IMG/VR virus record: IMGVR_UViG_3300037067_002170
Coordinates: 45,383-65,382 of that record
Strand: one strand, 5' to 3'
Source of the DNA: an uncultured virus (IMG/VR IMGVR_UViG_3300037067_002170)
Lineage: Duplodnaviria > Heunggongvirae > Uroviricota > Caudoviricetes
DNA length: 20,000 nt
Shown: piece after piece, positions 1-9,352 of the stretch
Layout: every line of letters begins with the position of its first letter
How positions within the stretch are numbered: position 1 is the stretch's first letter
The notes under the pieces: model-generated
What the model was told of the DNA's origin: nothing
The model's input: the letters and a program-made list of their open reading frames with translations, nothing else
The model's database searches: none
Made by a program: the position numbers and the translations under genes

Positions 1-1203
1 CATTGGCTCCCTCCTGAATATTTCGGAACATTCAACGTAACAAACTTCTCCTATAAGATAGACAAGATCGTTCTAGACGATGGGACCAAGGTGGAGATAG
101 AGGTTATCTTCCGAGCGCTGGACAAACCAGAGCAGGTTAGGAACCTTCTCTCCCTCGAGTTAACTGGTGCGTGGTTTAACGAGATCCGCGAGATGCCCAA
201 GGCGATCATTGATGCTATGGAGGGGCGTGTTGATAGGTTCCCTGCCCAAGATGATGGTGGCCCCACGTGGACCGGTATCATTGCTGACTCTAATCCCCCC
301 GACCAAGAATCGTGGCTCTATAAGTTCTTTGAGGAAAAGGTGCCCAAGGACCCAGAGTTACAATCTAAATATGTCCTCTATCGCCAACCATCAGGCAGGT
401 CTCCCCAAGCAGAAAATAGGAAGCACCTTTCAGATACCTACTACACCAATATGGCAATCGGGAAAGACCCGGAATACATCAAGGTATATATTGATGGAGA
501 CTATGGATATATCAGAGACGGCAAGCCAGTATTTGGGAATTATTCCGACTCTTTGCATTGCGCTGATGATATCATTATCCCTGTTCGTGGAGTCCCCGTT
601 ATAGTTGGGGTCGACTTCGGATTGACTCCCGCTGCCGTGTTTACCCAGTATCTCCCCAAGGGAAACTTTAACATCTTTCACGAGTTCACTTCTGAAGACA
701 TGGGCATTAGAAGGTTTTTCACAGATATAATCAAACCATATATATTTGCTAACCTACGGGGATATGATGTAGTTGTCACCGGCGATCCCGCTGGTGTAAG
801 GAGGCAAGATACCGACGAACGTTCTTGCTTCGACGAGTTACGTCTTATGGGCTATCCGGCTACACCTGCCCACTCTAACGCCTTCCTTGCCAGATACAAT
901 GCTATCGACCAGTTCCTGGTAAAACTAATAGAGGGAAAGCCAGCTTTCCAGCTATCTCCGAATTGCACAATGCTGCGAAGGGGGTTTATTGGGGAGTACA
1001 AGCTCAAGAAATATCGCGGTCTTAACGACAGATTTTCAGAGATCCCAGCGAAGGATGAATGGTCGCACCCGATGGATGCTGCTCAATATGCAGCAATGAT
1101 AGTAGATCGTGCGGCTAATATGGAGAAAACACGGACCCCATCACAGCTTCGTTACGCAAGCAAGTACGCTGCTGCTAGACCACAGATGTCAGCCTGGACA
1201 TAG
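1..1203 (+). CDS. terL: Phage terminase large subunit, 5'-truncated by the window edge
   Basis: Frame 1 is open from base 1 (HWLPPEYFG...), so the 91 start is not the true start. It contains a Walker-B-like LTGAWFNE, coupling motif DSNPPD, and RNase H-like nuclease motifs GVDFGLTPAA, GDPAG and SHPMDAAQY. It lies directly upstream of the portal. Confidence 0.93.
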   Translation, partial: HWLPPEYFGTFNVTNFSYKIDKIVLDDGTKVEIEVIFRALDKPEQVRNLLSLELTGAWFNEIREMPKAIIDAMEGRVDRFPAQDDGGPTWTGIIADSNPPDQESWLYKFFEEKVPKDPELQSKYVLYRQPSGRSPQAENRKHLSDTYYTNMAIGKDPEYIKVYIDGDYGYIRDGKPVFGNYSDSLHCADDIIIPVRGVPVIVGVDFGLTPAAVFTQYLPKGNFNIFHEFTSEDMGIRRFFTDIIKPYIFANLRGYDVVVTGDPAGVRRQDTDERSCFDELRLMGYPATPAHSNAFLARYNAIDQFLVKLIEGKPAFQLSPNCTMLRRGFIGEYKLKKYRGLNDRFSEIPAKDEWSHPMDAAQYAAMIVDRAANMEKTRTPSQLRYASKYAAARPQMSAWT

Positions 1204-1211
1204 GAGACGAA

Positions 1212-4200
1212 ATGCAAGTTATCCCAAACTCTGAAATAGGCAGGATGGAAGGAGAGCAGGCTACACTGGATGGTATCCTCGACGATACCGCCGCTGTGGG
1301 GCTTCAGAATTCCATGATCTCGGACTACATCTGGAACTGCTGGGAGAAGGCCAAGCGTTTCAAGGAGAACGGGGCAGAGGCTCGTATTCTCGCAAATATG
1401 CGACAGATAGACGGCCAGTATGATCCCGGTAAACTTGCCGACATCAAGAAGATCGGTGGTTCTGAAGTCTTCATGATGATTACTGATGCCAAACAAAAGA
1501 ACGCTAGTTACTGGGTGCAGGACATTCTTTTCCAGCCAGGACAGAGATCTTGGGGAATAGAGCCCTCCCCGGTACCAGAGCTTCCCCCTGAAGTTAAAGA
1601 GCAGATCGTAACCGCTATATTCCAATCACTAATGGAGGGACTATCTCAAGCAGCAGAACTCACTGGGCAGATGCCCAACGAGCAGTATATCCAGGGCGAG
1701 ATAGCCAGCGCTATGCCGGAGATAGAGAAGGCGGTTAAGGAAGAGATCCTCCGTACTGCCAGAGAGAGGGCCAAAGACACAGAGCAATCGGTAGATGACA
1801 AGCTCACCGAGGGTGGGTACTACTCAGCTCTCCGCAAGATGATCCCCAATTGCATTGCCCACACAGGGTTCCTAAAGGGTCCAATTAACAAGAAGCGCAG
1901 GATCATGAAGGTGGTTACCGATGGAGAGGGTAGACTTACCAAGCAAGTTACCGAGGAGATTTACCCCACATGGGAATCCCGTCACCCCCTCTATATTTAC
2001 CCTGCACCGGGTTCTGTGGACGTAAACGATGGATACCTCATTGACAGGGTTAAACTCACGCCACTTGCCCTCCAGGACCTCCTAGGGGTGGATGGTTATG
2101 ACTCCGAAGAGATTATGGCAGTACTCGATGAAGCAGAGAGCGGAAAACTGTTCGAGTGGCTCCCTGTAGACCAGGACATCGCAGACATCAACGAAGAGAA
2201 TTCTATGATCTCCTACGACTCTGACAAGATAGATTGCTTGGAGTTTTGGGGAACAGTAAGAGGCTCCTACCTTGCTGATTGGGGGTTAGCCGTAGAGAAC
2301 GAATCTTTCTTCTACAACATCAAGGCATATCTCATTGGTAGTCACGTTATTGGTATACAGTTTAACGATGACCCTATGGGGCGTAAACCGTTCTATAAGG
2401 ATTCATTTGAGAACAAAGATGGATCGTTCTGGGGTAAGGGGCTCCCTGAAGTAATTGCAGATTGCCAGGGTGTGTGTAATGCTGTCTCTAGAGCAATCGT
2501 GAACAACGCAGCTATGGCTAGCGGTCCACAGGTGGAACGCAACATAGATCGCATCCCTCCCCACGCTCGAGAAGACACAGCGCTCATCCCCTGGAAGGTG
2601 TGGGACACTACATCTGATATGATGAGCAATGGGAAAGCCATCGAGTTCTTCCAACCGCCAATGGTGGTAGAGAAGTTGCTCCAGGTATACAATGCTTATT
2701 CCAAGATTGCAGACGAGCACTCGGGGGTTCCGGGATTTGCTCATGGTGATACACAGGTCGGGGGAGCTGGCAACGCTCTAGCAAACTACGAGGAGATCTT
2801 GACTCCTTGTGGGCCGGTTGCAATGGGTGATGTTTCTGTTGGGGATGAAGTTGTAAATACTTATGGTGGGGTCTCTAAAATAACCGGAGTTTATCCGCAG
2901 GGAGAATCCGATATCTTTAGAATGTATTTTAATAATGGCGAACACGTAGATTGCGATATGAACCACAGGTGGTCAGTTGAGGCATTCGATCATTATGATC
3001 GTAAAGTCAGAACAATGACTACTGCCGAGTTACTGGAACGTGGACTTTTCCAGAAAACGAAAAAAACAGACAAGTACCCGGACGGTTACAGGCCAAAATG
3101 GGCATTGCCGTTGATAGATGGGGTGGAGTTTGCTCCCAGAGATGTCAAAATTGACCCATATACTCTGGGTTGTTTAATTGGAGATGGCACGTATGGAAGT
3201 CGTAGTTGCAAACTAATAAGCATGGACCAGGAAATATTTGACCGGATACCATATCCATTGGGCAAGAAGCAATTTAGACCGGAAAATAAATCATGGGTGC
3301 AATCAATAGGAACCATTACTGGTGATTTTAGAAGTTATGGTCTCAACTGTAAATCAATTCACAGGTTTATCCCAGAAGACTATCTGTACAATACAAGAGA
3401 AGTGCGTTTAGAATTGCTAAGAGGGTTGATGGACACGGACGGTACTGCGTATAAGACAGGTTCTGTGCGTTACTATACATCTTCAAAGAGGCTCGCTCGC
3501 GACTTTAAGGACCTCGTAAATTCTCTGGGTGCTAACGTTCAGCAAATAGAGAGAAGAGAGAATGGGTCGTTTGTTATTAAAGGCAAGAAGTATGTGAGTA
3601 AAACGTCTTATAGTGTTGTCTTTAATCTACCCGGAGAAAAAATATTTCACTTAGAAAGAAAACAGTCAAAGGTAATAACATCCGCAAAACCGCCACATAC
3701 TTTTATAGTTGGAGTTAAATACATCGGAAAATTCGAAGCCACCTGTATTTCGGTGGACTCTAGCAATGAACTGTTTGTTTGCAAAAACCTAATAGTTACG
3801 CATAACACAGCTTCGGGATTGAACATGTTGATGTCTTCGGCAGCTCGTGGCATCCGTGGGTTAGTGTCCTCTCTTGACGAGAACGTCATCAAGCCAGCGG
3901 TCGAACGCCAGTACGTATATATAGTCGACACCGAACCAAACTATGGATTCATTTGTGACTACAATATTGTAACCTCTGGATCTGCCGCAGCTCTAGTGAA
4001 AGAGCAGATGGCAGCACGCCGGATCGAGTTCATGAACGCTACAGCCAACCCACTCGATGCTCAGATCCTTGGGATCGAAGGACGCAAGTACCTCCTGGAG
4101 GAAACAGCTAGATCTATCCAATTGGATCTGTCTCGCGTGTTTCCGCCAGCACAAACAGCACCCCCACAACCAGCTGGTCCTGGCGACCAGTCAGAGAAAC

Positions 4201-4274
4201 CACAGGCATTAGATGCGGCAGGAAGCCCCGTAGTTGGGCAAGACTCGCGCGCTTTCAATCAACCAGCACAATAG
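1212..4274 (+). CDS. Portal protein precursor (1020 aa) containing an intein; spliced product ~676 aa
   Basis: RBS AGGAG upstream; follows terL. Podovirus-portal-like motifs include FWGKGLPEVIADCQ...NAVSRAIVNNAAMASGPQ and ADEHSGVP...GAGN|TASGLNMLM, and it ends in a Pro/Gln-rich C-terminal tail. Confidence 0.88.
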   Translation: MQVIPNSEIGRMEGEQATLDGILDDTAAVGLQNSMISDYIWNCWEKAKRFKENGAEARILANMRQIDGQYDPGKLADIKKIGGSEVFMMITDAKQKNASYWVQDILFQPGQRSWGIEPSPVPELPPEVKEQIVTAIFQSLMEGLSQAAELTGQMPNEQYIQGEIASAMPEIEKAVKEEILRTARERAKDTEQSVDDKLTEGGYYSALRKMIPNCIAHTGFLKGPINKKRRIMKVVTDGEGRLTKQVTEEIYPTWESRHPLYIYPAPGSVDVNDGYLIDRVKLTPLALQDLLGVDGYDSEEIMAVLDEAESGKLFEWLPVDQDIADINEENSMISYDSDKIDCLEFWGTVRGSYLADWGLAVENESFFYNIKAYLIGSHVIGIQFNDDPMGRKPFYKDSFENKDGSFWGKGLPEVIADCQGVCNAVSRAIVNNAAMASGPQVERNIDRIPPHAREDTALIPWKVWDTTSDMMSNGKAIEFFQPPMVVEKLLQVYNAYSKIADEHSGVPGFAHGDTQVGGAGNALANYEEILTPCGPVAMGDVSVGDEVVNTYGGVSKITGVYPQGESDIFRMYFNNGEHVDCDMNHRWSVEAFDHYDRKVRTMTTAELLERGLFQKTKKTDKYPDGYRPKWALPLIDGVEFAPRDVKIDPYTLGCLIGDGTYGSRSCKLISMDQEIFDRIPYPLGKKQFRPENKSWVQSIGTITGDFRSYGLNCKSIHRFIPEDYLYNTREVRLELLRGLMDTDGTAYKTGSVRYYTSSKRLARDFKDLVNSLGANVQQIERRENGSFVIKGKKYVSKTSYSVVFNLPGEKIFHLERKQSKVITSAKPPHTFIVGVKYIGKFEATCISVDSSNELFVCKNLIVTHNTASGLNMLMSSAARGIRGLVSSLDENVIKPAVERQYVYIVDTEPNYGFICDYNIVTSGSAAALVKEQMAARRIEFMNATANPLDAQILGIEGRKYLLEETARSIQLDLSRVFPPAQTAPPQPAGPGDQSEKPQALDAAGSPVVGQDSRAFNQPAQ
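2775..3806 (+). mobile_element. Class 3 (Ala1, W-C-T) intein with LAGLIDADG homing endonuclease, 344 aa, in the portal
   Basis: Block A ALANYEEILTP...VGDEV; block B CDMNHRW (Trp 2970-2972); LAGLIDADG motifs YTLGCLIGDG and LLRGLMDTDG; block F ATCISV (Cys 3744-3746); block G IVTHN followed by Thr+1. Removing it restores GAGN-TASG. The DNA looks more AT-rich than its flanks. Confidence 0.93.
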
Positions 4275-4285
4275 GAGGAAATAAA

Positions 4286-4747
4286 ATGGCAACAGCCGCA
4301 GCTCTTACAGTCACCACAAACAACAAATGGATGAGTCCTCATGACGATGATGTAAACGATCCTTGTCTTATTACTCTCGATTGGACATCTACTGATCTTG
4401 GTGTAGTGTCGCTTGGGGTATGCGAGGAGTACAACGATGCGTGGGCAGCAGCAGGGAAGAAGTTACCATATGTTGCTGCTATTAACGGTCGTATTTCAAC
4501 AATTGAGACTATTCCTGGGGCACTCGGGGTACCGGCAACCACGCCTCCTACAGACCTCTACGACGTTACCCTATTGGATGCATATGGATATGATGTGGCA
4601 GACGGTAACCTGGCTAATTTGTCCAGCACTTTGGCCAAAACGTTGGTGTTCGACACACCTATCGCAATCAACAGCGAAATCACCCTTACCATTTCCGCAG
4701 CTGGAGATGCAAAAAATGGTCGCATAATCATCACGGTAGTTAAATAA
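4286..4747 (+). CDS. Hypothetical virion-associated protein (153 aa)
   Basis: Strong RBS AGGAGG; Ala/Thr-rich, beta-strand-like composition; sits in the structural operon. Confidence 0.7.
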   Translation: MATAAALTVTTNNKWMSPHDDDVNDPCLITLDWTSTDLGVVSLGVCEEYNDAWAAAGKKLPYVAAINGRISTIETIPGALGVPATTPPTDLYDVTLLDAYGYDVADGNLANLSSTLAKTLVFDTPIAINSEITLTISAAGDAKNGRIIITVVK

Positions 4748-4759
4748 GGAGGACTAGCA

Positions 4760-6007
4760 ATGGCAGCAGGAACCGGAGTAGGTATCACCTACAAGACCTT
4801 CAAGGAACGGGGATCCACGCCCTCGACCCCTACAGCCACGTATCATCGACTTTATTACAAGGAAGACGGAAAACTCTACACCATTAACTCTGCCGGATAT
4901 GAGGAGATGGTGGGTTCTAGCGTTAATCTCGACTACCAAAACTCAGTCAAAGCGATTGCAACCGCCACTAGCGTTCCCCCAACCGAAGTCGCTGGGGACC
5001 GCTATCTCATCAGCGCTACTGGAACCCCACATGCCAACTGGGATGGTGCGTTAAATAACGACATTGTTGAATTCGATGGTATCGTGTGGATTGCTACACA
5101 TCCAACCGAGGGTATGTATACAGAAGTAGAAGCTCTTGACACCATATATATATACCTCACTTCTTGGGCTGCATGGCAGAATCAGGCGACAACAACAACC
5201 TCAAGTGTCACCTTCGCAAACCTCACCCTTGGTGACTCAGGAATTATGACTTGGGACAACGCCCCCGCCGCTAACAACGGCTTCTCTGGTGATGTAGAAT
5301 CAGTCACAGCGGGTGAAACAGTAGCCCTCAGTAATGTCCTATACGAGAAATCTGACGGGGAGTGGTATCTTGCAGACGCAGACGCCTCATCTACTATGCC
5401 AGCAATGAGAATGGCCGTAGGCGCAGGGACAGATGGTAATGCGGTAAGCACTATAACTCGTGGGGTGGTCCGCTATGACTCATGGACGTGGACTGTTGGC
5501 GCACCCATCTACGTAAGCACCACAGGGACGACCACAAATACTCTGACTCAAACGGCTCCCTCTGGCGATGGAGATCAGATTCAAATAGTCGGCTATGCTT
5601 TATCGGCTACGGTGATGTACTTCAATCCATCTCCCGTAGTGGTCGAGATTGGTCTGGATATAGTAGACCTCGGCACAGCAACTCCTTCAACAATCACCTT
5701 CGCAGAGATGACAGCTATCCCTAAGACTTGGATGGCTAACCATAGTAGCGATCAGACAATCACCTTTGCGGCTCCTGTAGCTGCGGACGTTGGGAAGCGG
5801 TTCACTATTGTCAAGAACGGGACAGGCGCAGGGAAACTAATCCTCGATGCTCCTGCCGACGTGTATCTGCATAGCGCTAGTTTTAGCTCTGCCGCCAGTG
5901 GTACAGCTTACCTTGCCGCAAGTGCCTACGGAAGCATGACGTGGCTAGTGACATCTGCTACGACCCTTCAACTACTCACCGCAGATGGCTCTGTGACGTT
6001 CACGTAA
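4760..6007 (+). CDS. Multidomain fibre/decoration protein (DUF2793-like, capsid-cement-like and fibre-type C-terminal domains)
   Basis: RBS AAGGAGG. PP...GDRYLI...W.G....I..FDG..W....P.EG resembles DUF2793. AGETVA...LY...DG.WYLADA...GAPIYVS...LTQTAP....QIVGYA resembles a cement/decoration domain. The C-terminal TITFAAP...GKRFTIVK resembles phage fibre repeats. Confidence 0.65.
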   Translation: MAAGTGVGITYKTFKERGSTPSTPTATYHRLYYKEDGKLYTINSAGYEEMVGSSVNLDYQNSVKAIATATSVPPTEVAGDRYLISATGTPHANWDGALNNDIVEFDGIVWIATHPTEGMYTEVEALDTIYIYLTSWAAWQNQATTTTSSVTFANLTLGDSGIMTWDNAPAANNGFSGDVESVTAGETVALSNVLYEKSDGEWYLADADASSTMPAMRMAVGAGTDGNAVSTITRGVVRYDSWTWTVGAPIYVSTTGTTTNTLTQTAPSGDGDQIQIVGYALSATVMYFNPSPVVVEIGLDIVDLGTATPSTITFAEMTAIPKTWMANHSSDQTITFAAPVAADVGKRFTIVKNGTGAGKLILDAPADVYLHSASFSSAASGTAYLAASAYGSMTWLVTSATTLQLLTADGSVTFT

Positions 6008-6016
6008 GGAGGCGAT

Positions 6017-6667
6017 ATGGCTACAGGAACACTTATACATGGAGTCCCTACAACACTACCCATCCCAGGTATCCAGATTGGGACAGGGGCAGACAAGGCA
6101 GTTATATCTAGCAGTGGAGTAATCACATGGGAGGGCACAGCCAAGCGTACCCTTACGATGCGTCCCTTCTTGGAGTTTACGATACTTAAACAAACCACAA
6201 AGCCCACAAGCGTCCCAGTTGGGTTGTTCCAGTCGTATTCCATGCCTATCTACAATGTGGATAATGAGGAGCTGTTCTTCCGCATGAGAGTTCCCTATCG
6301 TTGGGATGGGACTACTAACCCTTATTTCAGGATGATAGTAGCTCTTGCTGACGCCGAAGATATAGGCGACAAGTTTCAGTTCCAGTTTAGCTGGAACAAC
6401 GTCTCAGTTACTGGGGTTATTCCAGTTGACTCCCATGATGTGCCTGTGGAGACTACGGTTATTGCTGACCATGTGGCTCAGTATTCTACATATTCAGTAT
6501 CGTTTGAGTTAGACCTTGATGTAGCTGACCCTCACATGACTTCAAGAGACAACTTGGTAGGTAGGCTCCGGCGCATTGCTGCAAGTGGTAGTGAAGTTAG
6601 TAACGAGATATTAGTTCTCGATTGGATAACCTGCTGGACTGTAGACAAAATATACGGATCATTCTAA
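6017..6667 (+). CDS. Hypothetical virion protein, probably a beta-sandwich
   Basis: RBS AAGGAGG; N-terminus MATGTLIHGVP is shared with the 7424 gene. Confidence 0.65.
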   Translation: MATGTLIHGVPTTLPIPGIQIGTGADKAVISSSGVITWEGTAKRTLTMRPFLEFTILKQTTKPTSVPVGLFQSYSMPIYNVDNEELFFRMRVPYRWDGTTNPYFRMIVALADAEDIGDKFQFQFSWNNVSVTGVIPVDSHDVPVETTVIADHVAQYSTYSVSFELDLDVADPHMTSRDNLVGRLRRIAASGSEVSNEILVLDWITCWTVDKIYGSF

Positions 6668-6677
6668 GGATAGCGAT

Positions 6678-7412
6678 ATGATAGTTAAAACTATAGGACA
6701 AAAAGGCAGGTTGAGCATACCAACTGTAATCCCCGGCACAAGTACAGGACTACGCATCTCCGCTGTGGACTTAGCAGCCTTCCTCGATAACGATGTCGCT
6801 ATTGCTCAGTACGCAGATGGCCGTTCACGTATCAGGATATATGATGCCAGCTTGAGGTACTGCGAGGCGATACTGGGCAGCGTGGGGACGGGGGAAACGT
6901 ACGGAACAAACTTTTTTACTACGTTAGATTTTACTGTCGGTTGGACCGGCTCGGGGACGGCTGTTGATGCTGACAGTTTTTCTTCTGCCGCAGTCGGGGG
7001 ACTTGAAAAGACAAACTTACTTACTGCCTACGCCCTATATAAATGTGCTCTAAACGCATCTACAACAGCTAGTGGCTGTGCATTAAAGAATACGTCAAGT
7101 TCCGCAACATACGCAACGTCAATTGGAGCCGATGCGAAATATACTACGTGTCTATCAACAAACTTAGGATTGTATTTCCGTAATGACTCGGCAGGTCAAA
7201 CGGACGTAAACAAGGGTACGTCTTTACTATATACCGTCCTAACCCCCACATCCAACGGCTGCACTCTCAAGAACGCAGCAGGGGCGCAGAGCTTCATCAG
7301 TAAGGACGCCAACTTCACGTATAATGCAGCGTCCTATACATACAAGATATTCACCAACAGGCGCATAGTAAACCCCCGCAGCATCATGGGCGTGAACACC
7401 TTTAGGAATTAA
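6678..7412 (+). CDS. Hypothetical virion protein: carrier domain with an inserted beta-rich domain
   Basis: RBS AAGGA; shares split motifs with the 7839-9350 protein (see findings). Confidence 0.65.
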   Translation: MIVKTIGQKGRLSIPTVIPGTSTGLRISAVDLAAFLDNDVAIAQYADGRSRIRIYDASLRYCEAILGSVGTGETYGTNFFTTLDFTVGWTGSGTAVDADSFSSAAVGGLEKTNLLTAYALYKCALNASTTASGCALKNTSSSATYATSIGADAKYTTCLSTNLGLYFRNDSAGQTDVNKGTSLLYTVLTPTSNGCTLKNAAGAQSFISKDANFTYNAASYTYKIFTNRRIVNPRSIMGVNTFRN

Positions 7413-7423
7413 GGAGGCCAATA

Positions 7424-7837
7424 ATGGCAACTGGAACAGCTATACACGGATTCCCAAAGTCGGGAGGGGCACTGACTGACCTGAACGCCGGGTTACTCAC
7501 ATACAAGATGGTGCTTGTAACGGACTCTGAAACGGGAACCCTAGACGCCGCCAATATGTACGGGCAGGTCCATCGGGTAACGGGGAATTACACGCTCACC
7601 CTTCCGACGGGTGCAGCGGGAATGAGCGCTACATTCCGGGCGACTACGGCCTCTACCTACTCTATTAAAGCTGGAGAAACCGATAATTTCATCCTTCTGG
7701 GAACGGCGCTTAATGATGCAGACAAGATAACCTCTATGGGTGGTGCTGGGGATACCGTCTCGATCTATTGGGACGATACAGTGAGCGCATGGATAGCGGA
7801 TAGTATGAATGTCCTCTTTACGGATGGAGGAGCGTAA
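7424..7837 (+). CDS. Small fibre-type structural protein
   Basis: RBS AAGGAGG; YTLTLPTGAAGMSATF...GDTVSIYW...W motif typical of phage fibre repeats; N-terminus MATGTAIHGFP. Confidence 0.65.
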   Translation: MATGTAIHGFPKSGGALTDLNAGLLTYKMVLVTDSETGTLDAANMYGQVHRVTGNYTLTLPTGAAGMSATFRATTASTYSIKAGETDNFILLGTALNDADKITSMGGAGDTVSIYWDDTVSAWIADSMNVLFTDGGA

Positions 7838-7838
7838 G

Positions 7839-9350
7839 ATGCTTGGGATGATGACAATGCCGAGTAGTATCCCTGTCTACAAGGCTGTTGGGCAGACTTT
7901 GAGAATGGGAATGGGGGTTCAGTCGGGGGGTAATAAGTATGGGTTTTATTTCATATGGCATCCCACTACTGATTTAAGCGGTTTTGCGTGTCCAGAAGTA
8001 GATCCTGTATTTATTCCAGTAGAGTCTGGGGCTATCGACTCTAATGCTCAATACACTAACCCCTACTATTGGGTAAACGACTACAATCCAGAAGAATCGG
8101 TAGGCACAGGGCATTTTGTACCCGTACCCTGGTTATGCCGTCCGAACCTGAAAGATGGTGAAGCGTTCCTTGATATGACCGGAAAGAATATGACGGACTA
8201 TGCCGGTGATGATGTGGGTTCTACTCCATATCGTATAGAGTTGTTCGATAGTAGTGATAACTGCGCAAAAGGATTTATCGGGGCGGCAGGGACGGAATAC
8301 ACCCTTGGCGAAGAACTGATAACCGGATGGACAGAAGTTAAAGAAGGCACTTGGGAGTTCGCTACGCTAACCACGGATGGTAAAGATATAGACGTAATGG
8401 AAATCAATTATCCCACGTCTGGGGGTACTGCCGGACAGTGTAGATCTAACGCGCTATCACTTTCTGCGGGGAAAGTGTATAGGGTATATTTTGACGCTAC
8501 TAGGGAGGGAGGCGATGCTCGCCCAGAAGTACATATAGGTACATCTGTTGGACCCACCGGAGCAGGTACTTATAGGATAGCTTATGTGGGGTATGGAAGT
8601 AACTATCTTGAGTTTACTGCTACGGCTGCTGACGTAACCGCAGGGTATCTATGGTTTGTGCTCCCCGGTAATGCACGGTGGACAGGCATGGCAGTCTCCA
8701 TGAAGGAAAAAACTGAGCCGGTAGTAACGCTTGGCGGTGTGCATATTGTTTCCGCAGACGGCGGTTCTACTCGTAACTGGACTTTAATAGATGGTTCATT
8801 CAACGCTCACGCTATTTACTCCTTCAAGATTTACAATCACGACGATGTAGGTCTCCCTGCTTACCGATTCAGAGTCCAAGTACGTGATCCAGCTAACAAC
8901 AAATGGGCGAGAGGATGGATAGGGGGAACGGGTGGCAGCAATCCTTTTATAAGCCATGTGGTTACTGTACAGAACATCAGCAAGGCTAACCCAGGGGTAG
9001 TTACAGCAATCGGGACTCCCCCTTTTTCGGCAGGCCAACTTGCGTATTTTACGGGTCTGCAAGAGATGACGGAATTAAATGGTAGATATCTAACTATTGG
9101 AGCTAATGTTGGAGAATCTATAGATGGGTGGTGCTTAGACCATAACTTAATTGACACGAGTAGCTTTGGAACCGCAGAAACCTCCGATACCACGAGCAGT
9201 CTCATGTATTGGGATTGTAACGAAACTGGTCTGGATGTGTACAACAGCAAAACCGCACCTGAGACTTCCTCTAAGGGATGGGAATCTGTTGATGCTGGTT
9301 TCGACCCCAACCGTACCGACTACGAAGTATATATAACCTTGGAGAGATAA
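7839..9350 (+). CDS. Multidomain virion/adhesion protein with a CBM-like insert and an E1-FCCH-like domain
   Basis: Start placed at ATG 7839, 8 nt after GGAGG (7826-7830). VTVQNISKANPGVVT...G......GLQEMTELNG (~8961-9100) is the FCCH-like motif seen in phage tail proteins. It has an internal duplicated domain. Confidence 0.7.
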   Translation: MLGMMTMPSSIPVYKAVGQTLRMGMGVQSGGNKYGFYFIWHPTTDLSGFACPEVDPVFIPVESGAIDSNAQYTNPYYWVNDYNPEESVGTGHFVPVPWLCRPNLKDGEAFLDMTGKNMTDYAGDDVGSTPYRIELFDSSDNCAKGFIGAAGTEYTLGEELITGWTEVKEGTWEFATLTTDGKDIDVMEINYPTSGGTAGQCRSNALSLSAGKVYRVYFDATREGGDARPEVHIGTSVGPTGAGTYRIAYVGYGSNYLEFTATAADVTAGYLWFVLPGNARWTGMAVSMKEKTEPVVTLGGVHIVSADGGSTRNWTLIDGSFNAHAIYSFKIYNHDDVGLPAYRFRVQVRDPANNKWARGWIGGTGGSNPFISHVVTVQNISKANPGVVTAIGTPPFSAGQLAYFTGLQEMTELNGRYLTIGANVGESIDGWCLDHNLIDTSSFGTAETSDTTSSLMYWDCNETGLDVYNSKTAPETSSKGWESVDAGFDPNRTDYEVYITLER

Positions 9351-9352
9351 CA

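Noticed and set aside
91..1203. Terminase start at 91
   Set aside because: The frame is open from base 1 and the Walker A region is missing, so the gene starts upstream of the window.
7809..7838. Start at 7809 for the 513-aa ORF (similarly 9681 for the membrane protein)
   Set aside because: These starts overlap the upstream genes; better RBS-ATG pairs exist at 7839 and 9732.
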